Assembly (NCBI GenBank): GCA_010909165.1
Contig: MU008177.1
Location: 434,001 to 498,000 of the forward strand
DNA from: Anthoceros angustus
Lineage: Eukaryota > Plantae > Anthocerotophyta
Length of the DNA: 64,000 nt
Direction of reading: 5' to 3'
How positions within the stretch are numbered: the stretch's first letter is position 1; every line of letters begins with the position of its first letter. The translations under genes were made by a program, and so were the position numbers. Shown piece after piece: positions 23,109-32,913 of this stretch. A model generated the notes under the pieces. That model worked only from the letters and a program-made list of their open reading frames with translations. It did no database searches and was not told the DNA's origin.

Positions 23109-24686
23109 TTATTTATAAGGTTCAAATGGTGATGTAATTTTGATTGATCTTTTAACAAGATCATAAGAAGCTTGTGTACCGTCGGCCAATGTATTGAAAA
23201 GAAGGGGAACTCTGAAAGGTTCTTTCAAAGATTTTTCTTCTACTAAAATATTATCATTCATCATAAATATATCTATATTTTGTATATTTACTTTATCCGG
23301 AAACATAATTATAACAACTGTATATTGTACAGGCACTCCATAAAAGTATGTAGTCCATGATGGTTCATATGATGGATCTGATTTTATTGCCACATCCAAC
23401 ATTCTTTTATCATTTACATCGCCTTCTTTGCACCCACAAAGGGTCTGTTTGGTTGTGTTTGAAATACTACCAACATTATGAGCATCAAAGTGTATGTTTT
23501 CTTCCAGAAGTGTAGGACATGCATGATTTGTTGAACACATCTTCATCATGTTTGATTTTAAACTTTCCAGTGAATTTTTTTCCAAGTCTTGAGCTGATAG
23601 TTCATCTTTTTGGTCTTCTATTGTGTGATATGATGTTATGTTTGATGAGATAGAAGTTTGGTCAGAAATGTTTTGTTCCATATGTAAAGGTGAAGATTCT
23701 TGATGAAGAGGTTGAGGGTTTACAATTAAAACTTCATCTTCATCAAGTTCAGCTTGCAATGTACCACATGGTGGAAAGCTTGCTCCAGAATGGGTTTGTT
23801 TCGAATTATTCTGCTTCGTATGCAAAGTCAAATATGTTTCGTGAAGAGATTTGTCATCCATCACCACATTCTGCGTACCTTGAGTTGATTCGCATGAAAA
23901 CTCTTGGTTCTTATCTACAGGAATGGAATAATTTTCTAACAGTAAATTATGCCTCAAAGATCCTGGATGGGTTAGAAGCGGAAATGATGGCTCCATATCC
24001 TCAACCTCTGTTACCAAGGGTCCTCTTGGCTTGCCGCGAATGTAGTGCTTACTAACATGTTTGCCTTTATACCTCATTTTTGGGAGCTTAAATTGAGCAT
24101 TAAGCGGTGTTCCAAACTTTTGACCAATCCAAGTGAGTCCAAGGTCGATTAAGAATTTTTTCAAATTCCTATACCTCATAGCATGTTGAAGAATCACCAC
24201 ATTGAAAATGATGTCATACACATAACATAACTTTTGATTATGATCTGTAGAAATTATTGGACCTGAACAACTTAAAGGGCATCGTATGTTCTGCATGATA
24301 TCATCATCTTCTAAATCTGATCTTTCAAGTGTTTCCTCTACCTCTGGAGGGACTCCATTCTCCCAATCTCCAATTGTTGGTATTTTTAAAGAACCACACA
24401 CATTGATGAAAACTTTACTATTTTTTTCGTCTGTTGTCTTTACCACGAAAAATGGTTCGGGTATGATTTCTTCACTTTCATCTTCACCAATAGTATCTTT
24501 CTTTAGGTTAAGATGTGTCTGAGTTTTTGCTGGATTCTTACATTCTTTCAAAGCAGCTAACAATTGTTCCAGCTTTATATTTTGTGGAGCCACTCCCTCA
24601 TTTCGAGCTTTTTCATAGCTCATTAACATCTTCATTATATTTTCAAGCTCTCCTGACTCTTCTGCTAAGTCTTTTTGTGTAGTCAT
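23109..24686 (-). CDS. PIH1-domain HSP90 co-chaperone (MOT48/Kintoun-PF13/PIH1D-like; candidate axonemal dynein pre-assembly factor), single exon, 525 aa
   Basis: PIH1 N-domain motifs IIPEPFFVVKT, KVFINVC, RCPLSCS, CYVYDIIFN and FLIDLGLTWIGQKF...FKLPKMRYKG, then a disordered linker and a C-terminal CS-like beta domain (ASYDLVKRSIKITSP). The subfamily cannot be fixed by eye. Confidence 0.88.
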   Translation of the reverse strand: MTTQKDLAEESGELENIMKMLMSYEKARNEGVAPQNIKLEQLLAALKECKNPAKTQTHLNLKKDTIGEDESEEIIPEPFFVVKTTDEKNSKVFINVCGSLKIPTIGDWENGVPPEVEETLERSDLEDDDIMQNIRCPLSCSGPIISTDHNQKLCYVYDIIFNVVILQHAMRYRNLKKFLIDLGLTWIGQKFGTPLNAQFKLPKMRYKGKHVSKHYIRGKPRGPLVTEVEDMEPSFPLLTHPGSLRHNLLLENYSIPVDKNQEFSCESTQGTQNVVMDDKSLHETYLTLHTKQNNSKQTHSGASFPPCGTLQAELDEDEVLIVNPQPLHQESSPLHMEQNISDQTSISSNITSYHTIEDQKDELSAQDLEKNSLESLKSNMMKMCSTNHACPTLLEENIHFDAHNVGSISNTTKQTLCGCKEGDVNDKRMLDVAIKSDPSYEPSWTTYFYGVPVQYTVVIIMFPDKVNIQNIDIFMMNDNILVEEKSLKEPFRVPLLFNTLADGTQASYDLVKRSIKITSPFEPYK

Positions 24687-25033
24687 TTCTCCAATAAATG
24701 TTAAGAACTAATAGTAGAAATCCTCTAGCAGGAGAAGTGGCAAACAAGTGTATGTATCTATGTGAGTGCCCTAATATGATTGATGTGTTATTAAAAGTTT
24801 TTGGAAACTTTTGACCTAATATGATAATAAATTATATATAAGAAGTAATTTGTTTCATTTATAGTAGAAGCATGTGCTAGAATTTTGTTTGGAGTCTTAG
24901 AAATAACCAAAAACAAAAATTGTTGTGTAATCATGATATGCACTAATCTATAGGCTTAGGTGAAAGACGGATTTACGAAAACCATGCAATCAAAATTTAT
25001 TTTCAGCTAACATCATTTTGAAATATACATTGT

Positions 25034-25469
25034 ATGAAAGCAAGTATGGATCCAAAGGTAGATACAAGTAAACTTGGAACCCGTACTACTGATCCACGAA
25101 GGGGTTCAATGTTTCCAATCAAATATGATACCCGTACAAATAACTTGAGAATAGCTATGGAGGCATATGGATTGCGAATAGATGTTCATACTCTTTTGGC
25201 CAAGTTTTTGACTGACCTTTTAATGGCACAACCTCCAGGTACCTTTTTTTTTAACTCCAATAAATATATAGCTTTATTTTATTCCAAATATGAGTTGTTA
25301 TGTAGTCTAAACGAATGTATCACTTTATGCATTGATTGGATATAATTTTGTAGATCCATTTGCTTATATGAAGTCATGGATTGATAAGGAGGACAAAGAA
25401 AGAAAAGCTCCCCCTCCAAAGAAACCAGGACCACCACAACCTCCACCACCATCGGTAAAAAAATTTTAA
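25034..25469 (+). CDS. Small RIIa/Dpy-30 dimerisation-docking domain protein (RIIAD1-like, probably axonemal); exons 25034-25238 and 25354-25469
   Basis: A phase-1 GT-AG intron gives NLRIAMEAYGLRIDVHTLLAKFLTDLLMAQPP|DPFAYMKSWI, matching the D/D helix-helix-P-x-D-P-helix pattern, followed by a Pro/Lys tail. An extra tiny last exon (25521-25535) is possible. Confidence 0.75.
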
Positions 25470-28446
25470 ATGATATAAAACCTTTTATTGATACTTTAAA
25501 TTTTTATGAATTATTGTTAGGTATCTTATCATTGATAGATATAAAATATTAAAAATAAATATTAATACACATGATGGATTTGCAGAAATGGCTATAAAAT
25601 CATATAAGCTTGGTAGCTGATGCTGTTTAAGTAAGCTTGGTAGCAGATGCTATTTAAGTTTACCATCCGACATAGATTCTCCATGTACCTAATGGCCAAA
25701 GAATAATAGGTATATGTTCTATGACATAGAATAATGCTGAGATCTCAAATTATAAAATATATAAAGATTTTTTTACCATCATAAAACTTGATGTTTATTA
25801 TTTAATATTTATATTTTCAAGAAAACAAGTCGATTTGTAGTACGAGGTCACAAGTTGTTAAACCCATAACAACGGACCTACTCAAGTTGATACTTGCTCT
25901 TGGGGTTTCCATGGAGGCAGCATTTGCATTTCCTGTTCAAAGGAGGCGAGTGAGAGCTTGTTGGAAAGAGCTTGGCGTGGAGATTCTGGAGCATATTATT
26001 CCGTGATTAAGAACTACCCTGAAAAATCCAAAAATAATTTCCCACGAATTTCCGGACGAGAAAATGGCCAGATGGACCCGTCGTTCTGGGGTTGAGAAAC
26101 GAAACCAGCAAGTCGAGGTGTGTCGACTGTCGAGGAAAGCGATAAAATGTACGGCGTTTGACATTTACTTCCGTGCAGAGGTGGCAGTTGTGTCCGTTGC
26201 TGGAATATGAGGTCCCGACTCATGGGAGTGAAATGGTATGTTTAGTGAGGGATATGTTATTTTAGCAGGATCTTTGCCGCGTCCGGCCAGCGGATGTTCC
26301 GGTACCCGCGGCCCTGCGACATGCCATTCTGGTTGTCCAAGCACCAAGCATGGAATTGAGGCGATAAACGAGTCCAAATTACTGTTCAAATTCCATGGCT
26401 GTGCAGATCGCCTTGTGGCAGACAGATCGATTTTGACCTTTTTTGGACCAAGTCATACACAACGTATTCTATTCCCAGGGATTGTATATCTACATCCAGG
26501 ACATAAGGGAAGCCTTTCTCTGTACAAGCCAGGTTCTAGGAGAGATGGAAGCAAGGTGAAGTCCTGTCTCATCACTAGAAAGCGCCACATGTGTAAGGTG
26601 GCATCCTGTTTCATCACTAGCAAGCGTCACAAACCTAGAATTGAAGTGAAGGGTATAGCAGACACAAAGACAGATGCAGTGCTACCCGTAAGCCTTATTT
26701 AGTACACGACGGGATAGCTGGACATGGGCTCTGCATCAGGGGAATGATGCTCGCCATATACTCGACTCAGCTGGGGAAATGTGGTGGCTAAGTACCTTGA
26801 GAATAGCTATGGAGCATGGATTGCGAATAGATGTTCATACTCTTTTGGCCAAGTTTTGTGACCTTTTTAATGGCACAACCTCCAGTACCTTTTTTTTTAA
26901 CTCCAATAAATATATAGCTTTATTTTATTCCAAATATGAGTTGTTATGTAGTCTAAACGAATGTATCACTTTATGCATTGATTGGATATAATTTTGTAGA
27001 TCCATTTGCTTATATGAAGTCATGGATTGATAAGGAGGACAAAGAAAGAAAAGCTCCCCCTCCAAAGAAACCAGGACCACCACAACCTCCACCACCATCG
27101 GTAAAAAAATTTTAAATGATATAAAACCTTTTATTGATACTTTAAATTTTATGAATTATTATTAGGTATCTTATCATTGATAGATATAAAATATTAAAAT
27201 AAATATTAATACACATGATGGATTTGAAATGGCTATAAAATCATATAAACAGTAGGCGATCTTTGTTTAAGTAAGCTTGGTAGCGGATGCTATTTAAGTT
27301 TACCATCAAATCATAGATTCTCCATGTACCTAATGGCCAAAGAATAATAGGTATATGTTCTATGACATAGAATAATGCTGAGATCTCAAATTATAAAATA
27401 TATAAAGATTTTTTTACCATCATAAAACTTGATGTTTATTATTTAATATTTATATTTTCAAGAAAACAAGTCGATTTGTAGTACGAGGTCACAAGTTGTT
27501 AAACCCATAACAACGGACCTACTCAAGTTGAGTACTTGCTCTTGGGGTTTCCATGGAGGCAGCATTTGCATTTCCTGTTCAAAGGAGGCGAGTGAGAGCT
27601 TGTTGGAAAGAGCTTGGCGTGGAGATTCTGGAGCATATTATTCCGTGATTAAGAACTACCCTGAAAAATCCAAAAATAATTTCCCACGAATTTCCGGACG
27701 AGAAAATGGCCAGATGGACCCGTCGTTCTGGGGTTGAGAAACGAAACCAGCAAGTCGAGGTGTGTCGACTGTCGAGGAAAGCGATAAAATGTACGGCGTT
27801 TGACATTTACTTCCGTGCAGAGGTGGCAGTTGTGTCCGTTGCTGGAATATGAGGTCCCGACTCATGGGAGTGAAATGGTATGTTTAGTGAGGGATATGTT
27901 ATTTTAGCAGGATCTTTGCCGCGTCCGGCCAGCGGATGTTCCGGTACCCGCGGCCCTGCGACATGCCATTCTGGTTGTCCAAGCACCAAGCATGGAATTG
28001 AGGCGATAAACGAGTCCAAATTACTGTTCAAATTCCATGGCTGTGCAGATCGCCTTGTGGCAGACAGATCGATTTTGACCCCTTTTTTAAAGACCAAGTC
28101 ATACACAACGTATTCTATTCCCAGGGATTGTATATCTACATCCAGGACATAAGGGAAGCCTTTCTCTGTACAAGCCAGGTTCTAGGAGAGATGGAAGCAA
28201 GGTGAAGTCCTGTCTCATCACTAGAAAGCGCCACATGTGTAAGGTGGCATCCTGTTTCATCACTAGCAAGCGTCACAAACCTAGAATTGAAGTGAAGGGT
28301 ATAGCAGACACAAAGACAGATGCAGTGCTACCCGTAAGCCTTATTTAGTACACGACGGGATAGCTGGACATGGGCTCTGCATCAGGGGAATGATGCTCGC
28401 CATATACTCGACTCAGCTGGGGAAATGTGGTGGCTAAGTACCTTGA
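25144..28446. repeat. ~1.65-kb tandem duplication (25144-26795 / 26796-28441); copy 2 carries a 5'-truncated, frameshifted RIIa gene
   Basis: Near-identical copies joined at the CTTGA microhomology, differing mainly by small indels. Probably the same artefact class as the mosaic. Confidence 0.9.
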
Positions 28447-28526
28447 CAGTGTCCAAACAGACTGTTGAGACTTGCTGAGACAGAGCCTTCCAATCTCGGC
28501 TCCTCCGATATTTGATGCTGCCTCCG

Positions 28527-28763
28527 TCACTTATCTCCCTCCACATCCCGTCCCTGGCAGATCTTGCAACACACGGAAAGAGCAGAAGTGGCCAGAACTG
28601 TAGCTGCAGCCACCAAGACCGCGTTCTTCTTCTTCGGGGCGGGAAAGCATCCCGCTTGCCGGTTCTGGTTCTGGTTCCTGGCGTACAAACATCGGCAAGA
28701 ACCTGGCATGCTGTCTGAACTGGTAAGGCTGGGCTGCTTAGAGTACTTATTCCCAGAACCCAT
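28527..28763 (-). CDS. Candidate small protein (78 aa; 104 aa if spliced from exon 29600-29546 to the acceptor at 28786)
   Basis: MGSGNKYSKQPSLTSSDSMPGSCRCLYARNQNQNRQAGCFPAPKKKNAVLVAAATVLATSALSVCCKICQGRDVEGDK. It is preceded by a CAG acceptor, and an upstream G|GTGAG donor splices in frame. Confidence 0.4.
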   Translation of the reverse strand: MGSGNKYSKQPSLTSSDSMPGSCRCLYARNQNQNRQAGCFPAPKKKNAVLVAAATVLATSALSVCCKICQGRDVEGDK

Positions 28764-29672
28764 ACCTCCGGGTTCTTCCGCACAGTCTGTATGATATGTA
28801 AGGGAATCGGGACAAGGTTGGGTGCTGGTACGTTAGACACGCATGAGCAGCCAGGAGGAAAGAGCTCAAACAATTCGAGCAGTGACGGACAGAGCAAACA
28901 CTAGAAACGCAACTGCCGCGGAACGGTGAGACAAGACGGGGTGACACAGGCTGAACCGAAGCGATCTGACAGACCAGATTAGCCCGGCCGCTGTGAGGCA
29001 AGGACCGAGCCTGGGCTTGCCGTCCGTCCTCAGCGAGTGCTACCGGGATCCTTCTCCCTGCACTGCACACAGTAGCGCACGCACAAGACAGGGCAGCTCA
29101 GTCCCAAAGAGCAGCTACTGTGCCAAAATCGAAGCAGCAGCACCTACGGACGCCACAGCAGCACGCAATCAGAGCTTGCGTTAACCAGGCTTCAATCTAG
29201 AAAAGCTGGCAGTGGGAGAGGGAAGGAAACAAGAGCGGACGGCAAGCCAGCAGTGCTCATTCCGGGCACAGTATTTGACGCCCGCTCCTACCTACCTGCC
29301 TTCGAGAGGGTCAAGAAACTAAGACGCTGCAAAGCAAAAGGAAGACAACGCAAAGCAACGCACCGCAGCCGGCCTACAGCACATCCCGATGACCTCTTAC
29401 AGCAACACCTGCAAAGGATTACATTGGAGCCAGCAACGACTACCGCTTGCGAAGGCTGAGGAGGCGGCCACAAACAACAAGCCATAGCCAACAAAGCACA
29501 CAGCCTCAGCCTCAGCCTCAGCCCCAGCCTCAGCCTCAGTCTCACCCGAATCCCAGCCAGCAAGATCGGGAATTGAGGGGAGCGAGAAGCAGCGGTTCAT
29601 GAAGTAGGCACCAGAGAGGACGGGGGCGAAGGTGATCCGCGACAGGCCGTGAATGTGCGTGAGTGAGCTTGG

Positions 29673-29770
29673 GAGCTCCTCTCCCACAGCCAGCCGCCGC
29701 CGGAATGCGCGCTTCCAGAGAGCTCCTCTCCCACAGCCAGCCGCCGCCGGAATGCGAGCTTCCAGAGCTC
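29673..29770. repeat. ~47-bp tandem duplication
   Basis: gagctcctctcccacagccagccgccgccggaatgcg(c/a)gcttccagag occurs twice. Confidence 0.85.
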
Positions 29771-31283
29771 TCACTGCCGCCTGTTGCCGAAAAAAACCCG
29801 CCACTTGAACCCACAACGAACAACTGGACAGACCCGGTTTCTTACCCAGGTCCGACGGGAAGGGAGACCCCCGTCGTCCTAGTCTTGACCCCTCCACGCG
29901 TGATGGAGTCTGCGTCCGGATGACTGCCACCAGAGGCGGTCCCACTGACCCGAGTCCCAACGTCGAGGGCTGCTGATCATGGCCGGGGGCCTGGGGCCTG
30001 GGGCCTGGGGCCGGGGCCTGGCTGCCCCCGGTCCCCGCCCCCGGCCCTGGGACCTGGGCCCGGGACCTGGCTACCCGGTCCCCAGCACCACCTGAATCAA
30101 CCGCTCCAGGTGTTTGCTGTCACCGATCCACTCACAACCAGATGCTATGTATGAGCTCTAGGGTTTGGAGCTCGGACAGAGCACTGTGCGCCCGACAATG
30201 GTCGATGGCGGCAGCCATGGAAGCGTCTACGGATGGCCCTGCACACCAGAGGCCTAGGGCTGCCTCTTGTTTCTACCACGCAGAGTGAAATTGAACTGTT
30301 CTGCTGCCGCACATGCGATCACCATTACACGCTTGTTCGTAGGGCAGAGAAATCCTGTTTTCGCCACCTGTGTGATGGCCAGCCTGTGCGGGACAAGCCC
30401 TGAGATTAGAGGCTGCGAAAAGGGAAGATAGATTAGCGTGTCTTGTTGGAGAGTCTCACACGCTGGCATCAACGTCGGACAGTCAACAGCAAGCGAGTGT
30501 GAAAGCACAACCTACCAAGTTGATGAGCGCACCGGATCGTACAGTCTGAGTGAGTCTCTATCGTATCAACTGCGAACGTTGCACATCCGTGTTCGCACAA
30601 TGCATTGTGCTTGCCACCAGGATAGCCCCGGGCCCCTGACACTGGAACTAGTTTCAAGGCACTCCCACACCTCATGTAATTCACCGGAATGATGCAACAG
30701 TCAGAGGAAATGCCAAAGGGCGGTGGACGATGATGGAACGTGTGGCTACAAGGAGACAACCCCAGTGGCTTTGTCAGTCACTCAGCTGAAGGTGAGAAAG
30801 AATCATGTGTACAGAGCTTGATGCTCATGATGTTTGTAAGACATCCGTGTTCACAAGGACACAAGAGAAGCATCATGTTCTAACCTTTGGTAAGATCTCA
30901 GCAGACAAGCATCATACTCGAAGTAGAAGCTATCTAACTCTGCAAAAGCAACGCCACAAGGAAAACCAAGGTTTGTATTGCATTGCATTGCATTGCATCC
31001 TGTACAATCTGATTACCTGTCCTTATTTGCCCACTTGGATACAGGACAAGTCATTACCCCTCCCTCTTTCCCCTCACCGACAGTGGGTGCCGTGGAACCA
31101 TCATTCGGAATTCCCTGTCTCAGCCAAAACTGGATTGCATCTGTTGCATGTCCATATTGTCCTGGCCATCTGCATGGCTCATCAAGTGCTTACTTCATGT
31201 GCCCCCTATCGTGCTTAGTGCATGTGCCCCTATCGGGATACCTGAAAGGACCATTGGCAGAATAGGTGACTTAAATACCCTCC

Positions 31284-31571
31284 TTAATGCTTCTCCCGCC
31301 CCCGGTAGCAGCAAGTAAACATGCGAAGCACACTTTGAATATCTTCCTTGACAATGGCATATACCCTGGCCTTTATCTTGCCTCTCTTGGGCAAATACCC
31401 GCGGTATTTCTCAGGCTGCTCCTCCTCGAAGTCGGAAACCGTGGCATCCATTTCAACATCCGGCACCACATCCTCTTTGAACACGACGCCCTGAGCGTGA
31501 GCCTGAGCCTGAGCCTGGGAGTTCCGCTGCTCCACAACCGTCAAAAGGTTAGACTTTTCGATCTTCGCCAT
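31284..31571 (-). CDS. Microprotein, 95 aa, with LPKRGKIK motif and C-terminal CC
   Basis: MAKIEKSNLLTVVEQRNSQAQAQAHAQGVVFKEDVVPDVEMDATVSDFEEEQPEKYRGYLPKRGKIKARVYAIVKEDIQSVLRMFTCCYRGREKH. Start context aagtATGGcg; protein-like composition. Confidence 0.7.
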   Translation of the reverse strand: MAKIEKSNLLTVVEQRNSQAQAQAHAQGVVFKEDVVPDVEMDATVSDFEEEQPEKYRGYLPKRGKIKARVYAIVKEDIQSVLRMFTCCYRGREKH

Positions 31572-32799
31572 ACTTGCCCTCCCAACAGTCCACACAAGCA
31601 AGAAGCAGCCGTGTGCTCGACTTGCCGCCTGCCCCTTCTCTCAACACCCCACACAAAGCCACAAGCAGTCCTCTGCTCGAATTGCCGCCTGTCCCTGCAA
31701 CAAAAGCGAGCGATCCTGACAAAGAATTGCGACTCCCAAGCGAACAGATCTGTTAGAGCTGAGGGTGGAATCCTTCACACCGCCCAAGTCCCCGCACCGC
31801 AATTCAAGGCTCAACAGATGCCCAACAAAACGGAGCCCACGCATGCGCAGCTGGTGCTTGCGCCGCTATCTTGAGATCCCTCATTCCACACAACACACAA
31901 GCAGAAATTGGGGTTTGAGCGTCCAGAAACACCATTGCACAGAGGGAGCGATGACAACCCCGCAAGGAACCGACGATGGAAATTCCAGGCATCTGCATCC
32001 CGACGGAGGCGACACCGCAGTAGTCGGGAAGGTTCGTGTGTAATTAGAGTAAATCACGTTTATTCACCGACTAAAACTATTAGGTAGGTTGTTAATGTTT
32101 GGATTAAACAACCGTCGCCTTGGTGTGGCCACTGTAGCAATGCAGAGAAAACACGAGTCTGGTTTGCGTACCAGAAATTCGATTTCCCGGAACGAAGAAA
32201 GCCAGACATGTGTCGATCTCAGGAAGGCAAGGATAGGATATGGTTGAGGATAAGCTTAAGGTTCCCAGGCTCACAGCTCATGAACAGAATTGCGCCTTCA
32301 GAGATGGCGGCAAGAACGTGACACCTGAGCCTACCTTACGGCAAACTTGTGATTTCTCCAAAGAGTGCCACAATGCACGACATTTACATATGGTGGAATG
32401 TACATACGTCACTCACACAAGTTCAGCATAATGTACAGAAGAACGCGACGCTCTGATGGTTCTCCAAACCTGCGCCATGCGCTTGGAAGATTACCATCGG
32501 CTAACTCTACAAGCGCGCCAAGTACAAAGCAAATCACAGAAAGTGACACATGTTGGAGCTCACAGGCCGAGAGGCGAGGCCCCAAGGTGGTCAGGAAGCG
32601 CCGAATTCCGTGTCCCACACACTCTCCTTGCCGGAAGCCCTGTTGGGCGTGGTGGCGTCGTAGCAGGGCCTCCGAGCCTTCCCAAGAAGCCGCCGCGGAC
32701 GTGGAGGCTGGGGAAGTCGGACTCCCCGACGATCTCGCCGTTGGGACCTCTATCGGCCATGTCCCGAGCAGCTGGAGTCGATTCCACTTGGTGAGCGAT

Positions 32800-32913
32800 T
32801 CACCGATTCACGGCTTTACGTTGGATGCCGAGGATGCCCTTGATGATGCTGCCGCGGGGCGGCGGACCGGGGATGCTGGGGTTCTGAATATTGCCCTGGC
32901 CGTCCCTGTCCAT
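32800..32913 (-). CDS. Candidate 37-aa microprotein with PPPRGSII motif (below the ORF-track cutoff)
   Basis: Read manually: MDRDGQGNIQNPSIPGPPPRGSIIKGILGIQRKAVNR. Ideal start context gccgccATGG, a pyrimidine-rich leader, and a G-box CACGTG at 33051-33056. Confidence 0.45.
   Translation of the reverse strand: MDRDGQGNIQNPSIPGPPPRGSIIKGILGIQRKAVNR

Noticed and set aside
25911-26223. Extra weak motif look-alikes (MEAAFAFPVQRRRVRACW on +, QLPPLHGSK on -), plus ITRGGVK near 29890 and RLPLPPWTGTARAIF near 32900
   Set aside because: The matches are poor or lack a proper start codon. They show that loose versions of the motif arise by chance, so they are not counted as family members.
29288-29563. 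Cys-rich ORF resembling a secreted peptide (RLRLRLGLRL...CRCCC)
   Set aside because: It has a non-ATG start, its leader derives from a GAGGCT microsatellite, and the GT-rich sequence looks intronic.
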